A stretch of 32,000 bases of DNA, from contig NZ_CP097762.1 in NCBI RefSeq assembly GCF_023585745.1, forward strand, positions 210,001 to 242,000. The letters are read 5' to 3'. The first letter of the stretch is position 1. Every line of letters starts with the position of its first letter. The DNA is from Candidatus Saccharimonadota bacterium (GTDB lineage Bacteria > Pseudomonadota > Gammaproteobacteria > Enterobacterales > Enterobacteriaceae). Below the pieces are notes generated by a model. It searched no databases. It was not told the DNA's origin and was given only the letters and a program-made list of their open reading frames with translations. The position numbers and the translations under genes were made by a program. Below, piece after piece: positions 29,117 to 32,000 of this stretch.

Positions 29117-30268
29117 TTATTTATTTAAAAATACACAAATTGTAGATATAACTACTGCGCAACATAATACTAACCAAATTCCACCTAACTCCAATAAAAA
29201 TCCACCTAAAATTCCACCACAGCCTAATCCTAAAAACTGTCCGACAGAATAAATACTGATTGTTGTGCTTCTATAGGTATGCGATGATATCTTATGTAAG
29301 ATAGCAGGTAATATAGATTCAATTAAACTAAATACTATAAAAAATAATTGCATACCAAATAAAAAATTGAAAACAAAATGTGCACTCATGCACATAAGTA
29401 ATTCTGCCATTAATAAAATAATCATACATTTAAACAATATATGTGTTACACAATGCTTTTTTTCCAAATAAAGAATATATGATAATACCACTATCGATGA
29501 TATTAACATTATAATACTATAAACTTTCCAATGTACATTTGCAGAAAAACCTAAATTTATCAGTACTTTAGGCATAACAATAAAATTTAATATTAAAATA
29601 ATATGTATAAAAAAAATATTAAAACTCAATCTTATTAATTGAATATTAGAAACAATTTTTTTAATTTTATTAAAAATAATGAAAAAAGTTTCATTATTTT
29701 TTGAAAAATTGTTAGACAATGTTGGTATTATAAAATAAGTTAAAATTATAGCTAATATAGCCAATATTGTGATTCCATGAAATAATCCGTATAATCCATA
29801 CCTATCAGTAATAATAGGGCCAAATATTATAGAAATAAAAAAAGTAATACCAAAATTTATACCAATAAACGCTACAGCTCGCATATGATGTTGCGATTTT
29901 ACTGAATCTAATAAAAATGCTATTAGTGATCCGCTGATTGCTCCTGACCCCTGCAATGCGCGGCCAATAATCAGACCCCAAATATGCTGAGTAATAGCAA
30001 CAATTTCGCTACCAATAGCGAACAAAACTAAACCACCAATAATAACTGATTTATAACCAATTTTATCAGAAATTAATCCACAAGGTATTTGAAAAATTAC
30101 TTGCATAAAACCATATATACCAATAGCTATACCTAATAAACACCCATTTACTCCCTGTAATAAAAACATATGCGCAGTCAAAACAGGAAGTATCATAAAT
30201 ACTCCTGACATACGCAACATATATATCGCGCTTACTCCTAATATGACGTACAGCTCTTTTTTGCTCAT
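29117..30268 (-). CDS. yajR: MFS transporter, YajR homologue lacking the C-terminal extra domain
   Basis: LRM.G.FM.LPVLT........G.....LGIAIGIYG..Q..FQIP.GL.SD.IG.K..I.GGL..FA.GS...A....IWG.I.GRALQGSGAI.......L.D.......M.A.AFIG..FGITF.I....GPIIT...GL..LF..HWKVY is collinear with the 12-TM core of E. coli YajR. I chose ATG 30268. The track start at 30289 is a TTG. Confidence 0.85.
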   Translation of the reverse strand: MSKKELYVILGVSAIYMLRMSGVFMILPVLTAHMFLLQGVNGCLLGIAIGIYGFMQVIFQIPCGLISDKIGYKSVIIGGLVLFAIGSEIVAITQHIWGLIIGRALQGSGAISGSLIAFLLDSVKSQHHMRAVAFIGINFGITFFISIIFGPIITDRYGLYGLFHGITILAILAIILTYFIIPTLSNNFSKNNETFFIIFNKIKKIVSNIQLIRLSFNIFFIHIILILNFIVMPKVLINLGFSANVHWKVYSIIMLISSIVVLSYILYLEKKHCVTHILFKCMIILLMAELLMCMSAHFVFNFLFGMQLFFIVFSLIESILPAILHKISSHTYRSTTISIYSVGQFLGLGCGGILGGFLLELGGIWLVLCCAVVISTICVFLNK

Positions 30269-30405
30269 TATTAAACTAATACTATTCAATTAGTAAAGTA
30301 CATTTTTAATATAGATTAATATTTCAACTATATTAGTAAACAAAATGAAAGTATTCTATTTTAGAGATTAATCATAAAAACATGATTTTAAAATGTTATA
30401 TAAAA

Positions 30406-30430
30406 TATAATTACTGTAACTGTAATTATA
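30406..30430. terminator. Candidate terminator hairpin downstream of cyoE (end of the cyo operon)
   Basis: TATAATTAC (30406-30414), loop TGTAACT, GTAATTATA (30422-30430). It is flanked by TAAAA on the left (TTTTA on the minus strand) and TTTT on the right, 29 nt after the cyoE stop on the minus strand. Confidence 0.35.
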
Positions 30431-30458
30431 TTTTACACCAAAAACATCAGAATGTTAT

Positions 30459-31328
30459 TCATTTAGCTAATAAAAGGAAATCTAAAAATAAAGATAAATT
30501 TATGGACAAAACAATAATTACAGATAATAAAAACATTTTTTTTGCCCATAAATAACTATTTTTAATAACTTTATATCCATAAGTTCCAACATATAACCAC
30601 CATATACTTAGAATACTTGTAGATATTAAAAATATATAACTGGCATATCCTAAAATAGCAAATAACGCAATCATTATAATTAATCCAACTATACAGATAG
30701 TCATGTGTGTCTGAGTTAAACTTATACCTTTTTCTGCGGGTAAAACAGGAATGCCGGCTAATTTATATTCACCAATATTTAGTATTAAAATAGAGTAAGA
30801 ATGAGGAATTTGCCAAAAAATAAACATAAAAAATAATATTATAGCTCCCAAATCCAAATTGTTTGTAACAGCACAATATCCAATTAAAGGGGGTATAGAT
30901 CCTGATATACTGCCTGCAACTGTACTATAAACAGATTTACGTTTCATCCAAAAACTATATACACCTAAGTATACTAACATACCTATTGCAGCTAAATACA
31001 CAACTAGTAAATTTTTTGTAAAAATTAAAAACAAAAATCCTAATATACTTAAAATTCCTGCATATAATATACTATTTATATAAATAGTTTTATTGCAACG
31101 GACTAAAATTCTATTTTTAGTTCTTTCCATAATTGCATCAATATCTTTATCAATAATATTGTTAAACACGCAACTCCCAGCCACAACCAACGCGCTACCT
31201 ATCATTGTTTTTATAAATAAAGGCCAAAATATATATCCTTTCAACGCTATTAAAAACCCTCCAATAGAAGAGGTTAAATTCCCTATAACGATCCCAGGTT
31301 TTATTAAAAAATAGTAATGCTTAATCAT
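30459..31328 (-). CDS. cyoE: Protoheme IX farnesyltransferase (heme O synthase)
   Basis: KPGI..GNL.S.IGGFL.A.KG.I..PLF.....G..LVVA..CVFNN.ID.DID..MERTKNR.LV..Y.GVYS...KR.SVY.T..GS.SG..PP.IGYCAVT...D.GA.IL.....WQ.PHSY.I.I.....Y..A.IPVLP...GIS matches E. coli CyoE. Confidence 0.96.
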   Translation of the reverse strand: MIKHYYFLIKPGIVIGNLTSSIGGFLIALKGYIFWPLFIKTMIGSALVVAGSCVFNNIIDKDIDAIMERTKNRILVRCNKTIYINSILYAGILSILGFLFLIFTKNLLVVYLAAIGMLVYLGVYSFWMKRKSVYSTVAGSISGSIPPLIGYCAVTNNLDLGAIILFFMFIFWQIPHSYSILILNIGEYKLAGIPVLPAEKGISLTQTHMTICIVGLIIMIALFAILGYASYIFLISTSILSIWWLYVGTYGYKVIKNSYLWAKKMFLLSVIIVLSINLSLFLDFLLLAK

Positions 31329-31350
31329 ATATTAAAATGAGCTATTTTAG

Positions 31351-31653
31351 TTAAATCATTACATTATGATGTAAATGTTTCATAATCCATATACTTCCTA
31401 AGAATAAAACAGCAGCTATGAACAATGTAAATATTAAAAATATTAAATACCATAATTGCCTTAATGAGCCATATAGATGCAAAAAACACACTAAATGCAC
31501 ACCAATTTGAACCACGGCACATAATATTATAATTGTTATCAATATGTCTTTATGTACCATAGTACATAAAGACATACTAAACGGAAGAATTGTTAAAAAC
31601 CCAGACAGTATAAATCCAATAAAATACGATTTCTGTGTATAATCATTTTTCAT
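31351..31653 (-). CDS. cyoD: Cytochrome bo3 ubiquinol oxidase subunit IV
   Basis: K.Y..GFILS..LT..PF......VVQ..VHLVCFLH............F.....IA.....GSIWIM..L..N.M resembles E. coli CyoD. Three predicted TM segments. It sits between cyoC and cyoE. Confidence 0.9.
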   Translation of the reverse strand: MKNDYTQKSYFIGFILSGFLTILPFSMSLCTMVHKDILITIIILCAVVQIGVHLVCFLHLYGSLRQLWYLIFLIFTLFIAAVLFLGSIWIMKHLHHNVMI

Positions 31654-31656
31654 TAA

Positions 31657-32000
31657 TTAAAACACTCCTAATAAATACACTTCAGTAAATACACATATCC
31701 ATATAATATCAAGAAAATGCCAAAACAAACTTAAACATTGCAATCTTATACGATTTATATATGTCAACCCTTTATACATAATATGTATTACCATTAACAC
31801 AATCCATATCATACCTATTACTACATGTATACCGTGAGTACCAACTAACACAAAAAAGGCAGAAAAAAAAGCATTACTGCTCGGAGTATTTCCTGCTTTA
31901 ATTAAATGATAAAATTCATAACATTCCATACTAATAAAAAATAATCCTAATATAAAAGTAATCAACATCCAAACATTTATTTGCTTAATATTTACTTTTT
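31657..32000 (-). CDS. cyoC: Cytochrome bo3 ubiquinol oxidase subunit III, 5'-truncated by the window edge
   Basis: The frame stays open upstream of the track Met to nt 32000 (..KVNIKQINVWMLITF..). GLFFISMECYEFYHLI..SAFFVLVGTHGIHV..GMIW......RLQCLSLFWHFLDIIWICVFT.VYL.G matches the C-terminal half of E. coli CyoC. Confidence 0.95.
   Translation of the reverse strand, partial: KVNIKQINVWMLITFILGLFFISMECYEFYHLIKAGNTPSSNAFFSAFFVLVGTHGIHVVIGMIWIVLMVIHIMYKGLTYINRIRLQCLSLFWHFLDIIWICVFTEVYLLGVF

Overview
This is a very AT-rich window of tightly packed housekeeping genes. The proteins are rich in Lys, Ile and Asn but are clearly of enterobacterial type. It reads like part of a reduced gammaproteobacterial insect-endosymbiont chromosome (Blochmannia/Buchnera/Wigglesworthia-like); I cannot assign the taxon by eye.

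Layout:
- 1-10.2 kb: the 3' part of the S10 operon plus complete spc and alpha operons (rpsC to rplQ, 21 genes). This includes rpmD and rpmJ, which are too short for the ORF track.
- 10.2-13.5 kb: fmt-def on the minus strand, divergent from tsaC-aroE on the plus strand.
- ~13.6 kb: a solitary 5S rRNA gene.
- 13.9-32 kb: gloB, rnhA/dnaQ, gmhA, tRNA-Thr(CGU), a 2-Cys peroxiredoxin, tgt-yajC, ribD-ribH-nusB-pgpA, dxs, thiI, a yajR-like MFS transporter, and cyoE-cyoD-cyoC (partial). As I recall the E. coli K-12 map, this follows the 5-10 min region in the same order with most intervening genes gone.

Every long ORF has a confident housekeeping assignment. I see no transposase, integrase, CRISPR array, toxin-antitoxin, restriction or other defence-like gene, so I find no evidence here for a novel multi-gene system.

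Observations worth a second look:
- The 5S rRNA gene is orphaned from 23S and 16S.
- Three gene-sized (1.0-1.3 kb) ORF-free AT-rich spacers sit exactly where queA, secDF(...nrdR) and ispA-xseB lie in E. coli.
- Those losses leave apparent functional orphans: tgt without queA, yajC without secDF, cyoE without a nearby FPP synthase, and ThDP-dependent dxs next to a cleanly deleted thiL.
- The YajR homologue lacks its C-terminal domain.
- A9-A10 homopolymer tracts lie inside essential genes.
- The tRNA has no encoded CCA.
- Several start codons are non-ATG or were re-assigned from the ORF track.

All homology statements come from by-eye comparison with remembered E. coli protein and RNA sequences, not from searches.
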